Part shown: piece by piece, positions 19,025-26,677 of the stretch
Numbering within the stretch: the first letter of the stretch is position 1
Layout of the letters: every line of letters starts with the position of its first letter
Assembly: GCA_016188355.1 (NCBI GenBank)
Contig: JACPHY010000003.1
Coordinates: forward strand, 8,170-72,169
DNA from: Candidatus Uhrbacteria bacterium
Lineage (GTDB): Bacteria > Patescibacteriota > Patescibacteriia > JACPHY01
Direction of reading: 5' to 3'
Length of the DNA stretch: 64,000 bases
The notes under the pieces: model-generated
Database searches by the model: none
Seen by the model: the letters and a program-made list of their open reading frames with translations, nothing else
Told to the model about the DNA's origin: nothing
Position numbers and translations under genes: made by a program

Positions 19025-19474
19025 GTGCGCGCAAATGGATTTTGGCAACGTGGCGAATTCCGACTGGTTCGGCTTTCGCGATACGATAACTCCCGCGCCA
19101 TGCGGGAATGGTTCCCGCCCACGGCAGGACGCGGCATTTGGGCCTGGGCGGTGAAACTCTGTGATCTTCCGGAGTTCCACCACATCTATCGCGATCAATC
19201 GCGGCAGATTGTACACCCGAGGCGCGATGCCCGAGCGTGGGCGATCCGATGGACGGAGCTTGACGCCTACGTCTGTGGGCTCTCCGAGCACCATCCGGAG
19301 TGTGCGGAATTTGACCCCTCCCTTCACCACGTCCAAATCGTGGACCGCATGCAACCTTGTTGGTGCGGCTGCGATAGGACGGATGGTCCGTTCCGATACG
19401 TCACGAACTCCTGGGCAATCTACGTCGAAGGACCCATGCGCCGTCGACGCTGCCTCCCCACGCACCACCCCTAA
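19025..19474 (+). CDS. hypothetical Cys/Trp/His-rich protein (~149 aa), island ORF
   Basis: GTG start 9 nt after GAAAGGAGG, about 40 nt after family-A copy 3. '...HHPECAEFDPSLHHVQIVDRMQPCWCGCDRTDGPFRY...'. The upstream part of track ORF 18758..19474 runs through the repeat and was rejected. Confidence 0.45.
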   Translation: MRANGFWQRGEFRLVRLSRYDNSRAMREWFPPTAGRGIWAWAVKLCDLPEFHHIYRDQSRQIVHPRRDARAWAIRWTELDAYVCGLSEHHPECAEFDPSLHHVQIVDRMQPCWCGCDRTDGPFRYVTNSWAIYVEGPMRRRRCLPTHHP

Positions 19475-19519
19475 TTCACCCTGACTCCCACTTCGCGAAA
19501 TGCTTCGCGGGACAAGTGC

Positions 19520-19593
19520 GGTCGGGGGTCCACCCGAATTTCGGAGGCCGCGCTATGGTGTCGCAAGATGCCATACCTCCGGAATTCAGGCGG
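19520..19593 (+). repeat. family-A element, copy 4 (indel variant)
   Basis: 'GGTCGGGGGTCCACCCGAatttCGGAGGccgcgctatggtgtcgcaagatgccataCCTCCGgaattCAGGCGG'. The central hairpin is replaced by a longer nested hairpin (UAUGGU..GCCAUA). Confidence 0.5.
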
Positions 19594-19630
19594 ATCGTAT
19601 ACGGAACGCACTTTCAAGGAGGAGGACATC

Positions 19631-19783
19631 GTGACGAAAATTGACGTGCAACGAAGGCAGTTCGCAATCCCTTGGCCCAGAAGCACGCTCGGGATCATGG
19701 GCGTTCTGGGCGCACTCGCGCCGTATGTGGCCGCTGCATGCCTCGTCGCATACATCATGTACCGATCCTGCTTAGGTTCGTAG
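19631..19783 (+). CDS. small membrane peptide (50 aa), island ORF
   Basis: GTG 7 nt after AAGGAGGAGG. 'VTKIDVQRRQFAIPWPRSTLGIMGVLGALAPYVAAACLVAYIMYRSCLGS', one TM helix. Confidence 0.4.
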   Translation: MTKIDVQRRQFAIPWPRSTLGIMGVLGALAPYVAAACLVAYIMYRSCLGS

Positions 19784-19799
19784 CAAAAAGGAGCACCTG

Positions 19800-20249
19800 A
19801 TGCGCATCGCACACTTCCTGTTGAACCTCGACATCCCGGACCATCAGCCGACGGCAATCCCAGCATTCCGGATGGACGGCGCGAAGATGCACGCGAACTC
19901 GAGTCCGTACATCGTGTGGCTGCCGGGGAGCGTCGATCAGACGCTGCTCGCGAGCCTCACGATCATCGGAACGCGCCGAGCCGGCGAGCGTGTGCACGTC
20001 GTCCACGCGTCCGGATCTCCGGAGCTCATCGGATCGGGACCTGGGGGGAGCATGGCAACGCAGTTGACCTGCCAACCGGGGAGCGCGTTCTCGATCGTCC
20101 GTGACTACCTCGGCGAGCGACGATGCCAGACTCTGCGCTGGAACAACGACCGCTTCACCAAGGAGCAGGCGCCGCGCGAGCTCATCGACCGCGTGCTCGG
20201 CCCGCCGCCGATGCCCACCAACCCCGCGAGCGCGGAGGCGCGGTCGTGA
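19800..20249 (+). CDS. hypothetical protein (149 aa), island ORF
   Basis: AAAAAGGAG RBS upstream. Stop overlaps the GTG of the next small ORF (GTGA). Confidence 0.5.
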   Translation: MRIAHFLLNLDIPDHQPTAIPAFRMDGAKMHANSSPYIVWLPGSVDQTLLASLTIIGTRRAGERVHVVHASGSPELIGSGPGGSMATQLTCQPGSAFSIVRDYLGERRCQTLRWNNDRFTKEQAPRELIDRVLGPPPMPTNPASAEARS

Positions 20250-20374
20250 AACGCATCATCGGCATCGTCCTCCTGCTCGCGCTCGTCGCGTGTGAGGAGG
20301 GTGGCTGTTTCGATCCGGAGGCGATGAGCGGTAACGACCTCGGGCGCATGAAGCTCGCCGAACGCGCGCAGTAG
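20246..20374 (+). CDS. small putative lipoprotein (42 aa)
   Basis: 'VKRIIGIVLLLALVACEEGGCFDPEAMSGNDLGRMKLAERAQ'. Signal peptide with an L-V-A-C lipobox. Translationally coupled to the previous ORF. Confidence 0.35.
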   Translation: MKRIIGIVLLLALVACEEGGCFDPEAMSGNDLGRMKLAERAQ

Positions 20375-20570
20375 AGCACCCGAGACATCCAGCGGATCGA
20401 TGCGGAGCTCAATGATCTCCGCAGGCGCATAACCGAGTTCGAAGAGCGCTGCCCCGCGCGCTGATACGATACCTGAGCCTGTCGGTCCGCACCTCGTGCG
20501 GCCGACGGGTCTCCCTTCGTGGAGTCGATCGCAAGATCGAAGATACGAGAAGGAGCGGCGAGATACATGC

Positions 20571-20637
20571 CACTCCTCCGCCCACCCGGATTTCCGAGGA
20601 CGCGCCTTCATTCCTCACGGAGTGATTGCCTCGGAAT
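20571..20637 (+). repeat. family-B element, copy 1 (about 67-nt imperfect palindrome)
   Basis: 'CCACCCGGATTTCCGAGGacgcgccttcattcctcacggagtgattgCCTCGGAATTCCAGGCGGG'. The arms are imperfect reverse complements; the central 30 nt is conserved with copy 2. Confidence 0.55.
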
Positions 20638-20710
20638 TCCAGGCGGGCGTGAACGGATTGTGTGCGGTGGAGCACCGATCGCGAGTCACTCCCGGTTTGC
20701 GGAGGGGAAG

Positions 20711-20977
20711 ATGGTCAACGTCCATGTTCGTTCACTCGAAATCCTGCCGACGGAGGAAGAGCACGCCGCCATGCAGGCCTTTCGAGAAATCTGCGGGGGT
20801 CCGGACACGCCGGAAACCCTGCTGTTGCTCGCGGAAAGCGCGCAACTCTTGCAGAAACCGTTCTATCGGGTCACGCAGAACGCCGAGGGACTGCGCGCGG
20901 CTGCGGCGCGCAGCATACTCGAGCGCATGGCACACAACCGCGGCGTCGGCCTGGGTGCCCTGATCCAGTCGGCGTAG
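20711..20977 (+). CDS. hypothetical protein (88 aa), island ORF
   Basis: GGAGGGGAAG-ATG. 'MVNVHVRSLEILPTEEEHAAMQAFREICGGPDTPETLLLLAESAQ...'. Upstream in-frame extension rejected because it crosses the repeat. Confidence 0.45.
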   Translation: MVNVHVRSLEILPTEEEHAAMQAFREICGGPDTPETLLLLAESAQLLQKPFYRVTQNAEGLRAAAARSILERMAHNRGVGLGALIQSA

Positions 20978-21132
20978 CCGAATGCCCTGATCCCGACCCC
21001 GTAAGGTCGGGATCCCACCAGAGCAGCAGAGACATCCCATTTCTGCCGTTCCGGTGGAAGGACCACATCTGTGGTCGCATCCCATCGCGCATTCGTTTCA
21101 TCGATCACAACAACAGTAGGAGGAGGACGTCG

Positions 21133-21708
21133 ATGCACACTGCGCAGCGACAGTACACATCGGATCTCGATCCGGAGGTGCTCGACCAGATCGCCAGTGC
21201 ACTCGAGCCAGCAGGAGATCCAATTCCGAAACTCCAGGACGACGGCTACGGCGATCCGTACTGCGACAGCGAGCCCGAGAAGGAACTACGACGCCATCAA
21301 CAGGAGTGGGAAGACTTCTATGGTCGCTTCGGGTGGGACGGAAATCGCCCGCTCATCAATGTCGCGCACAATGTCGTGTACGATCACGGGCCGTGGGAGA
21401 TCGATTTGCGCATGCGCTTCGCGCTTGACGCATACCAGACCATCGGACGTCGACTCGCGGAATTCGAGACAGCACCACCACGCGCAAGCACAGCGCGATC
21501 AGTGATCGTGGAGACTGGCCGTACGCCACGCGGCCTCCACGAATGCCGCAAGGGCGCGCACAAACGATGGCGCCGCGCACGAAGCGAGGGTGGCCGCCGC
21601 CTGCCCCGTGCGCCGCTCCAGCTGCGACGCCGCGGTGGCACGCAGGATGACATCTTCGGTATGTGGTGGGATCAAGAGAGCGGTTGGCAGCCGATCTTTA
21701 AGAAGTAG
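21133..21708 (+). CDS. hypothetical protein (191 aa), island ORF
   Basis: AGGAGGAGG 7 nt before the ATG. The N-terminal 100 aa are acidic and non-repetitive; the C-terminal tail is Arg-rich, so the true stop may be earlier (possible frameshift). Confidence 0.4.
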   Translation: MHTAQRQYTSDLDPEVLDQIASALEPAGDPIPKLQDDGYGDPYCDSEPEKELRRHQQEWEDFYGRFGWDGNRPLINVAHNVVYDHGPWEIDLRMRFALDAYQTIGRRLAEFETAPPRASTARSVIVETGRTPRGLHECRKGAHKRWRRARSEGGRRLPRAPLQLRRRGGTQDDIFGMWWDQESGWQPIFKK

Positions 21709-21761
21709 CTCAGTGTAACGATATCTTCGGGGGAGCACGTGCACGATCTTCGCGCGTGCTC

Positions 21762-21808
21762 CGTCCACCCGGATTCCGAACTCTTCCCCCGTTCGGCATC
21801 CAGGTGGA
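21762..21808 (+). repeat. family-B-related palindrome (CCACCCGGATTCCGAAC-tcttccccc-GTTCGGCATCCAGGTGG)
   Basis: 17-bp imperfect inverted repeat sharing the 'GTCCACCCGGATT' start with family B. Its right arm supplies the GGAGGTGA RBS of ORF 21817. Confidence 0.45.
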
Positions 21809-21816
21809 GGTGATCC

Positions 21817-22236
21817 ATGAAGCTCCTTGCTCTGGTTCTCGGTACACTCGCCGCGTTTGCGGCGTGGTGGCTGCTCATGAGCCGCGATGACGTCATCGTG
21901 GCGTCGTACGCGGCACTCGTGTCCACGGCGAGTGCAACAATGGCATTCGCGCTCATCACGCGTTCGCACGTGCCGAAAATCCGCATTCCCATTGAAATCA
22001 CGGCCATCATGGGACTCGCGATCGGTCTCATCACCGAAGGTGCTGCGTTCGCCATCACGGGATACTCGGACTTCAGTGTACTCGCCATCATCGTCGGCGC
22101 GATCGCGTGCGGCGTGATCCTCGATCAACTCCTCACCATTGCCCATCGCGCCGGATACGAATCCGCAGAGCCGGGCCGCCACGAGTCCGAGCGGAAGACA
22201 ATCGAAGAGCAGCTGCCCGAATGGCCGCCGGAATAG
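21817..22236 (+). CDS. membrane protein (139 aa, 4 predicted TM helices), island ORF
   Basis: GGAGGTGATCC-ATG. Hydrophobic segments 'LLALVLGTLAAFAAWWLL', 'IMGLAIGLITEGAAFAI' and 'VLAIIVGAIACGVIL'. Confidence 0.5.
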   Translation: MKLLALVLGTLAAFAAWWLLMSRDDVIVASYAALVSTASATMAFALITRSHVPKIRIPIEITAIMGLAIGLITEGAAFAITGYSDFSVLAIIVGAIACGVILDQLLTIAHRAGYESAEPGRHESERKTIEEQLPEWPPE

Positions 22237-22359
22237 ACGGAAATCGTCGGTAGCGATCCCTGCATCTGGAATCCCCGGACCCGACGGCACCCGCTGTCGG
22301 ATCCTCCCTCGGGCGATGGAGTCTTCGGATTCCATCTTCCGAGAAGAGGAGTACCTTCC

Positions 22360-23277
22360 ATGCGCATCATGCTGATTGCGACGCTCAGCGGTTGCATTGC
22401 CTGTGCAACCACACGAGGGACTTCCGAACGCGAACTCCAGGCGGTTCGCAATGCGACAAACGGAGACACCTATCGCGGCACGATTCCCGCGCTGCACGCG
22501 CTCTTCGACGCACTCGAAAAGGACGATGCCCCACAGATCCTCCAGGCGCTCACCGCGATGCGTTTCGGGGCGGCCACAGCGGCGGCAGTGCAGTGTCCTC
22601 CCACGGAGCTGAAGGAGAGCATCCGTATCTCCGCGATACCGGGTCCCCGCGCGATGATCGTGCGCGCATCGGTTATCTGCGTCATCGGCCCATACACGAA
22701 CGCAACGCTCCATTACGGGGAAGAGAGCCGTGCCTTCGATTCGGTGCAATTCCCAGAAGATCCCGATGCGACGCTTTCGCCTTCCCAGCTCCGCACGCAG
22801 TACGAAGATCTCCTGATTGCGGATGCTGCCGCGTGGGGGAATTCCGGACTCCGTATCCCTACGGAGTTCGCTACCAACATCGTATTGCTCCTCGCGAACT
22901 ACCAGGAAGCACTTGAGGGGAAACGCACGATCATGGTCGAACCCAGCACATCTGGGTTCGACATCCGTACAGAACACCACTTCCGTTTCCGTCTCACCCG
23001 CGCGAAAGTCATCCCAACCCTGGAAGCGCTCGGGAAGCTGGCGGATGACTACCACGATGCGAATGGCGTCGCGACTCCATGGGAGGTCATGCGACTCACG
23101 GAGGATGCGCCATACCTCCTCGCGGTCGCATTCGATCTCTTCCCTGACTCCCGCGCGCTGCCGCAGCTCGCACAGGATGGAGTCGATTTCGGACGCGCCG
23201 CACTCGTACGGACTGGTCTTGGCAATCTCAAAAACAGCGTCACCAGTGACGCAATACAGATCCCCTCCTTCGAATAG
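22360..23277 (+). CDS. putative lipoprotein (305 aa), island ORF
   Basis: 'MRIMLIATLSGCIACA', a signal peptide with L-S-G-C lipobox. RBS GAGGAG upstream. No family recognised. Confidence 0.5.
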   Translation: MRIMLIATLSGCIACATTRGTSERELQAVRNATNGDTYRGTIPALHALFDALEKDDAPQILQALTAMRFGAATAAAVQCPPTELKESIRISAIPGPRAMIVRASVICVIGPYTNATLHYGEESRAFDSVQFPEDPDATLSPSQLRTQYEDLLIADAAAWGNSGLRIPTEFATNIVLLLANYQEALEGKRTIMVEPSTSGFDIRTEHHFRFRLTRAKVIPTLEALGKLADDYHDANGVATPWEVMRLTEDAPYLLAVAFDLFPDSRALPQLAQDGVDFGRAALVRTGLGNLKNSVTSDAIQIPSFE

Positions 23278-23337
23278 TTCTCACCACAGAGGACGCGTAT
23301 AGCCACCCCCTTCCGCGGGGCAGGAAGCGCGTCCTCC

Positions 23338-23405
23338 GTCCACCTGGATTTCCGGGACCGCGCCTTCACCTCGCAAGAGATGATTGCCCGGAAGTCCGGG
23401 TGGAC
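23338..23405 (+). repeat. family-B element, copy 2
   Basis: 'CCACCTGGATTTCCGGGaccgcgccttcacctcgcaagagatgattgCCCGGAAGTCCGGGTGG'. The arms match 15 of 17 as reverse complements; about 80% identical to copy 1. Confidence 0.55.
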
Positions 23406-23470
23406 GCGCTCCGTCCGTTGCAGCGCATCCCGCACATTTCCATCACAATACGCCACAAGGAGGGCGGATA

Positions 23471-23740
23471 ATGCCCATTTCCATCACGACGCGAGAAGCC
23501 ATCTGCATCATCGATAGCACGAAGCGAAGAGAGGATCCGTGCGCTCACGTGGAGCTCGCCCCTGGCCGCTACGAACTCGAGGAAATACAGAATCCATACG
23601 GCTTCGATGCTCCATGGTTCGTGCTCAAGGGCACGAAACGAGGGATGGCACGAAAAGCGTGGATGGACGAAGGAGCATTCGAGGGTCTCACCGAGGCGGA
23701 GATCGATGCCATCCGCAATCGACCCGAGCGCTCGGCCTGA
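23471..23740 (+). CDS. hypothetical protein (89 aa), island ORF
   Basis: CAAGGAGGGCGGATA-ATG, about 65 nt after family-B copy 2. 'MPISITTREAICIIDSTKRREDPCAHVELAPGRYELEEIQNPYGFDAPWFVLKG...'. Confidence 0.45.
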   Translation: MPISITTREAICIIDSTKRREDPCAHVELAPGRYELEEIQNPYGFDAPWFVLKGTKRGMARKAWMDEGAFEGLTEAEIDAIRNRPERSA

Positions 23741-23760
23741 AGAAAGAGGGAGAACACCCC

Positions 23761-24177
23761 ATGCAAATTTCCTGCTTCATGATCGACTTCAAGGATCCGA
23801 CCAAGATCATCCGACTTCCGTTCGGTAGTGTGGGGGAGCGATGGGCCACCTTCCATGATGATGGGCCTGGTGCCGCGCAACTCTCACACATCCCCGATCC
23901 CGCTCCTGCCCACGCGTTCATCGTGGCGCACTTCTCGCTCATCAACAGCGGGGAGACGGTGACCATCGATCTCATGGGTCCTGGTCACCATCTCTACGGA
24001 TCTGCGCTCGACCATGCGGCTGCGGCAAAGCCATTCACGCTCCTCCTCAACGCACGAACGCACGCCGAATTCACCTTCCGCGTGCAAAACAAGCACTGCA
24101 CCTGGATCCTCCGCTGGGACGGCTGCGAGCTGAGCAGCGTGCCGAAGCATGGCAACGATTTCCATATGCCCCACTGA
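23761..24177 (+). CDS. hypothetical protein (138 aa), island ORF
   Basis: AGGGAG RBS. 'MQISCFMIDFKDPTKIIRLPFGSVGERWATFHDDGPGAAQLSHIPDP...'. The upstream part of the track ORF overlaps the previous gene. Confidence 0.45.
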   Translation: MQISCFMIDFKDPTKIIRLPFGSVGERWATFHDDGPGAAQLSHIPDPAPAHAFIVAHFSLINSGETVTIDLMGPGHHLYGSALDHAAAAKPFTLLLNARTHAEFTFRVQNKHCTWILRWDGCELSSVPKHGNDFHMPH

Positions 24178-24201
24178 GCATCGGCTGGAGCGGAGAGACA
24201 C

Positions 24202-24483
24202 GTGAACGTCTTCGGATGGCTCATGTCCCTCTACCTGGCCGCAGCGTTGACACGGAGCACCTACCTCTCGATCGTTGCCGCACACCATGTGTACGACGCA
24301 CGCGCGGAAGCAGCAACGGTCCCGATGGCGGTGCGCGAAATCGCGAATGCGGCCGTCCGCAGCGCCGAGAAACAAGCATATGTCGCGGGATGCGACTTGC
24401 TCATGTGGTGCTTCTGCGGCGCATTCCTTATTCTGGTCATCCTACCGACGATCCCCGAACACCGAAAGGAGTCCCATCCATGA
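24202..24483 (+). CDS. small membrane protein (93 aa), island ORF
   Basis: GTG start after GGAGCGGAGAGA. Two hydrophobic segments. Stop overlaps the next start (ATGA). Confidence 0.4.
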   Translation: MNVFGWLMSLYLAAALTRSTYLSIVAAHHVYDARAEAATVPMAVREIANAAVRSAEKQAYVAGCDLLMWCFCGAFLILVILPTIPEHRKESHP

Positions 24484-24836
24484 GACCGTTCATCTTCGCC
24501 TGGACCTTCGGCCGCGAGCAGGCGAGGGATCCGGATGCGGCGACGCTCGCGCTCGCATGGGCAGCCATGGAATGCGGAGCGACCCGAGAGGCGGCCGCAC
24601 TCGAATTCATCCACCTCGGATGGAGCATCGCGGCCGCGACGCGCATCGCGAAGGCGGCAGAGGCAGAGCTCCGGCGAGAGCGCATCTCGTACGTCGTCGG
24701 ACTTATCCGCGAGGCACTCGCGGATAAGTCCGACGACCACGCCATCCGCGCGCTCCTCACCACCGAGCGGTGGATGCGGCCGCAGGAGCTCGATGCACTC
24801 ATCGCCGACCTCCGTGCGGCAGCACTCGTTGCATGA
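24480..24836 (+). CDS. hypothetical protein (118 aa), island ORF
   Basis: AAAGGAG RBS, ATGA coupling to the previous ORF. Followed by a terminator. Confidence 0.45.
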   Translation: MRPFIFAWTFGREQARDPDAATLALAWAAMECGATREAAALEFIHLGWSIAAATRIAKAAEAELRRERISYVVGLIREALADKSDDHAIRALLTTERWMRPQELDALIADLRAAALVA

Positions 24837-24852
24837 TCATAGATATTCCCGG

Positions 24853-24890
24853 CCCGGAGCTGCCCTCGCAGCTTCGGGTCTTTCGTTTTC
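24853..24890 (+). terminator. rho-independent terminator (CCCGGAGCTGC-cctc-GCAGCTTCGGG + TCTTTCGTTTTC)
   Basis: 11-bp stem (one G-U) plus U-rich tail, directly after the stop at 24836. Near-duplicate of the terminator at 26297. Confidence 0.6.
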
Positions 24891-25327
24891 ATGTGCGCAG
24901 GCGGAATCTGCTCACCCGAACGAACGGAAGAACGCACACCACACGCGGTTACACGGATATTTCGGATGCATTCCTGCCCGATGCTCCACAGGCACTTCAT
25001 CTCTTTAGAACTCTCACCCGAAACATTTCATCGTGTAACGTAGTATCTACTATTGTGACGGTATATATGGAAGGTCCAATAGGCACGGGTGGACGATGGC
25101 GGCTGCGCTGAACGGATAGTGGGAACGTCGTTTGCCGGAGCCAGAACGAAGTAATGCCTCCCTCAAAGAAGCCATCGTCCACCCATGTCTGCACCCCATC
25201 GCGCTGAGCGCGACGGGGTGCAATGTTGCGCCAAAACAACACGGAGGATGTTTGCGATCGCATTGACACGCTCGCATGCTGGTGATAGGACAAAGGTGTA
25301 GCTCGTTCCTTTTCCTGGAGGTGCATC

Positions 25328-26275
25328 GTGGAAGTCGAAGTACGCATGGATCCGCAGCGGCCGCCAATGTCGCTCGAGGAATTCCGCCGAATCGCACCGC
25401 CGCACGCGGTCGGCATCGATGGGTGCGTAGACGCTGGCCCGTGGCGGGATTTCGGATCTACCGGACCGCGCTACGTGTGGAATCATCATTCGCACGTCGA
25501 TCGCCTCGCCACGCGCGCCACCTGCATGCAGGCGCTCCTCGAACTGCGCTGTGGCGATCTCGACGAGATCCTGCGCGGATCCACCGGCCGACCATTCGCG
25601 ATCGTCTTCGCCGATGACTGCGACGCCGATGCGTCGAGTACCATCGTCATCCTGCGGCGATCGGAACTGTTCGCCCATCCCGTGAACCCGCTCGCCAATC
25701 GCTTCGTCGGAGCGGAAGATCTCATGGATACCTTCGCAGGCGCATACCCGTACCCGTGCGACCTCGAACTACTCGAGGAACTCGCATGGATTTTTCAGCC
25801 CTACGACGATTTCCGGCAGGAGGGCGGACTCGAACGGAAGATCGCGGCGGAGTACCTCCGCGTCGTTGATCTGATCGAGGCGAACATCGTACAGTACCTC
25901 GTCGGACGCGGGAAACGTCGAAAACTCGACCTCCGGTACGACGTACTTCAGACCGGCAACGGATGGACGATGGTGCGCGAACACGGCGCGCAGGCGCGGA
26001 CGAAAATGCGCGACGACGGTATCCGGGTGTTCGTTTCGGTGCATGAACGCACCTCCGGCACACGCGACGTTCGCATTGGGAAAATGCACCTCCATGCGCG
26101 CGGCGATCTCATCGCGATTTGCAACGATCTCAATGCACGCGAAGGGGTCGCGGCCGATCGCTGGGGCGGCGGAACGAACATCATCGGCAGCCCGAAGGTC
26201 GCCGGCACTAAACTCGACGATCGCACGATCATGGAGGTGCTCAACCACCATCTCGGCTTGCCGCTCGCCGCATGA
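25328..26275 (+). CDS. hypothetical protein (315 aa), last large ORF of the island
   Basis: GTG start 6 nt after GGAGGTG. Non-repetitive sequence. Followed by a terminator. No family recognised. Confidence 0.5.
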   Translation: MEVEVRMDPQRPPMSLEEFRRIAPPHAVGIDGCVDAGPWRDFGSTGPRYVWNHHSHVDRLATRATCMQALLELRCGDLDEILRGSTGRPFAIVFADDCDADASSTIVILRRSELFAHPVNPLANRFVGAEDLMDTFAGAYPYPCDLELLEELAWIFQPYDDFRQEGGLERKIAAEYLRVVDLIEANIVQYLVGRGKRRKLDLRYDVLQTGNGWTMVREHGAQARTKMRDDGIRVFVSVHERTSGTRDVRIGKMHLHARGDLIAICNDLNAREGVAADRWGGGTNIIGSPKVAGTKLDDRTIMEVLNHHLGLPLAA

Positions 26276-26296
26276 GGTAAACGGCATACGCACTCC

Positions 26297-26333
26297 GGCC
26301 CGAAGCTGCCCCCGCAGCTTCGGGCCTTTCTGT
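26297..26333 (+). terminator. rho-independent terminator (GGCCCGAAGCTGC-cccc-GCAGCTTCGGGCC + TTTCTGT)
   Basis: 13-bp perfect stem, 22 nt after the stop at 26275. The stem core is identical to the terminator at 24853. Confidence 0.6.
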
Positions 26334-26435
26334 GGCAACCTCGCCCCACGTCCAATCCACCACCGCGCCCCCACTTGCATCCATGGGGGCAGATACGCGC
26401 ATACTGGAAACAGGATTCTTAATTGATGGTGTGGT

Positions 26436-26597
26436 ATGGAGTACGCATGCGCCACCTGTGGGTCGACCGCGTCGGAAGCGCCGGAAACCTGCTGTGAAAC
26501 GGAACGCGAAGAAGCGTGCGACCGGTGTAAGGAAGCGATGTCGAACTGCACGTGCGAAAGTGCCGAGCTAGAGGGCACGGAAGCGGAGGAGGAATAG
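26436..26597 (+). CDS. candidate Cys-rich acidic small protein (53 aa), not in the ORF track (<60 aa)
   Basis: Hand translation: 'MEYACATCGSTASEAPETCCETEREEACDRCKEAMSNCTCESAELEGTEAEEE', 9 Cys including CxxC, CC, CxxC and CxC. Weak RBS (GGTGTGG). Followed by a hairpin terminator at about 26619-26655 (AACGGAAGCT-tcccaagg-AGCTTCCGTT + TGTTATACTT). Confidence 0.25.
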   Translation: MEYACATCGSTASEAPETCCETEREEACDRCKEAMSNCTCESAELEGTEAEEE

Positions 26598-26677
26598 TAA
26601 TCATACCGACGAGCAGCAAACGGAAGCTTCCCAAGGAGCTTCCGTTTGTTATACTTCAGCATTATCCGAATTCGATT

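Noticed and set aside
17434-19593. CRISPR array interpretation of the family-A repeats
   Set aside because: Repeats are about 60 nt with 415-590-nt irregular intervals containing RBS-preceded ORFs; no cas genes. This is not CRISPR-like.
21499-23055. 518-aa minus-strand ORF across island ORFs
   Set aside because: Arg/Asp/Gly-rich antisense-type composition, no RBS. The plus-strand small ORFs have canonical RBSs and coupling.
17434-23405. Canonical integron attC sites (R''-L''...L'-R' with GTTRRRY core)
   Set aside because: The imperfect-palindrome architecture is suggestive, but I could not find the conserved RYYYAAC/GTTRRRY boxes and there is no intI or attI in the window. Kept only as 'attC-like, unproven'.
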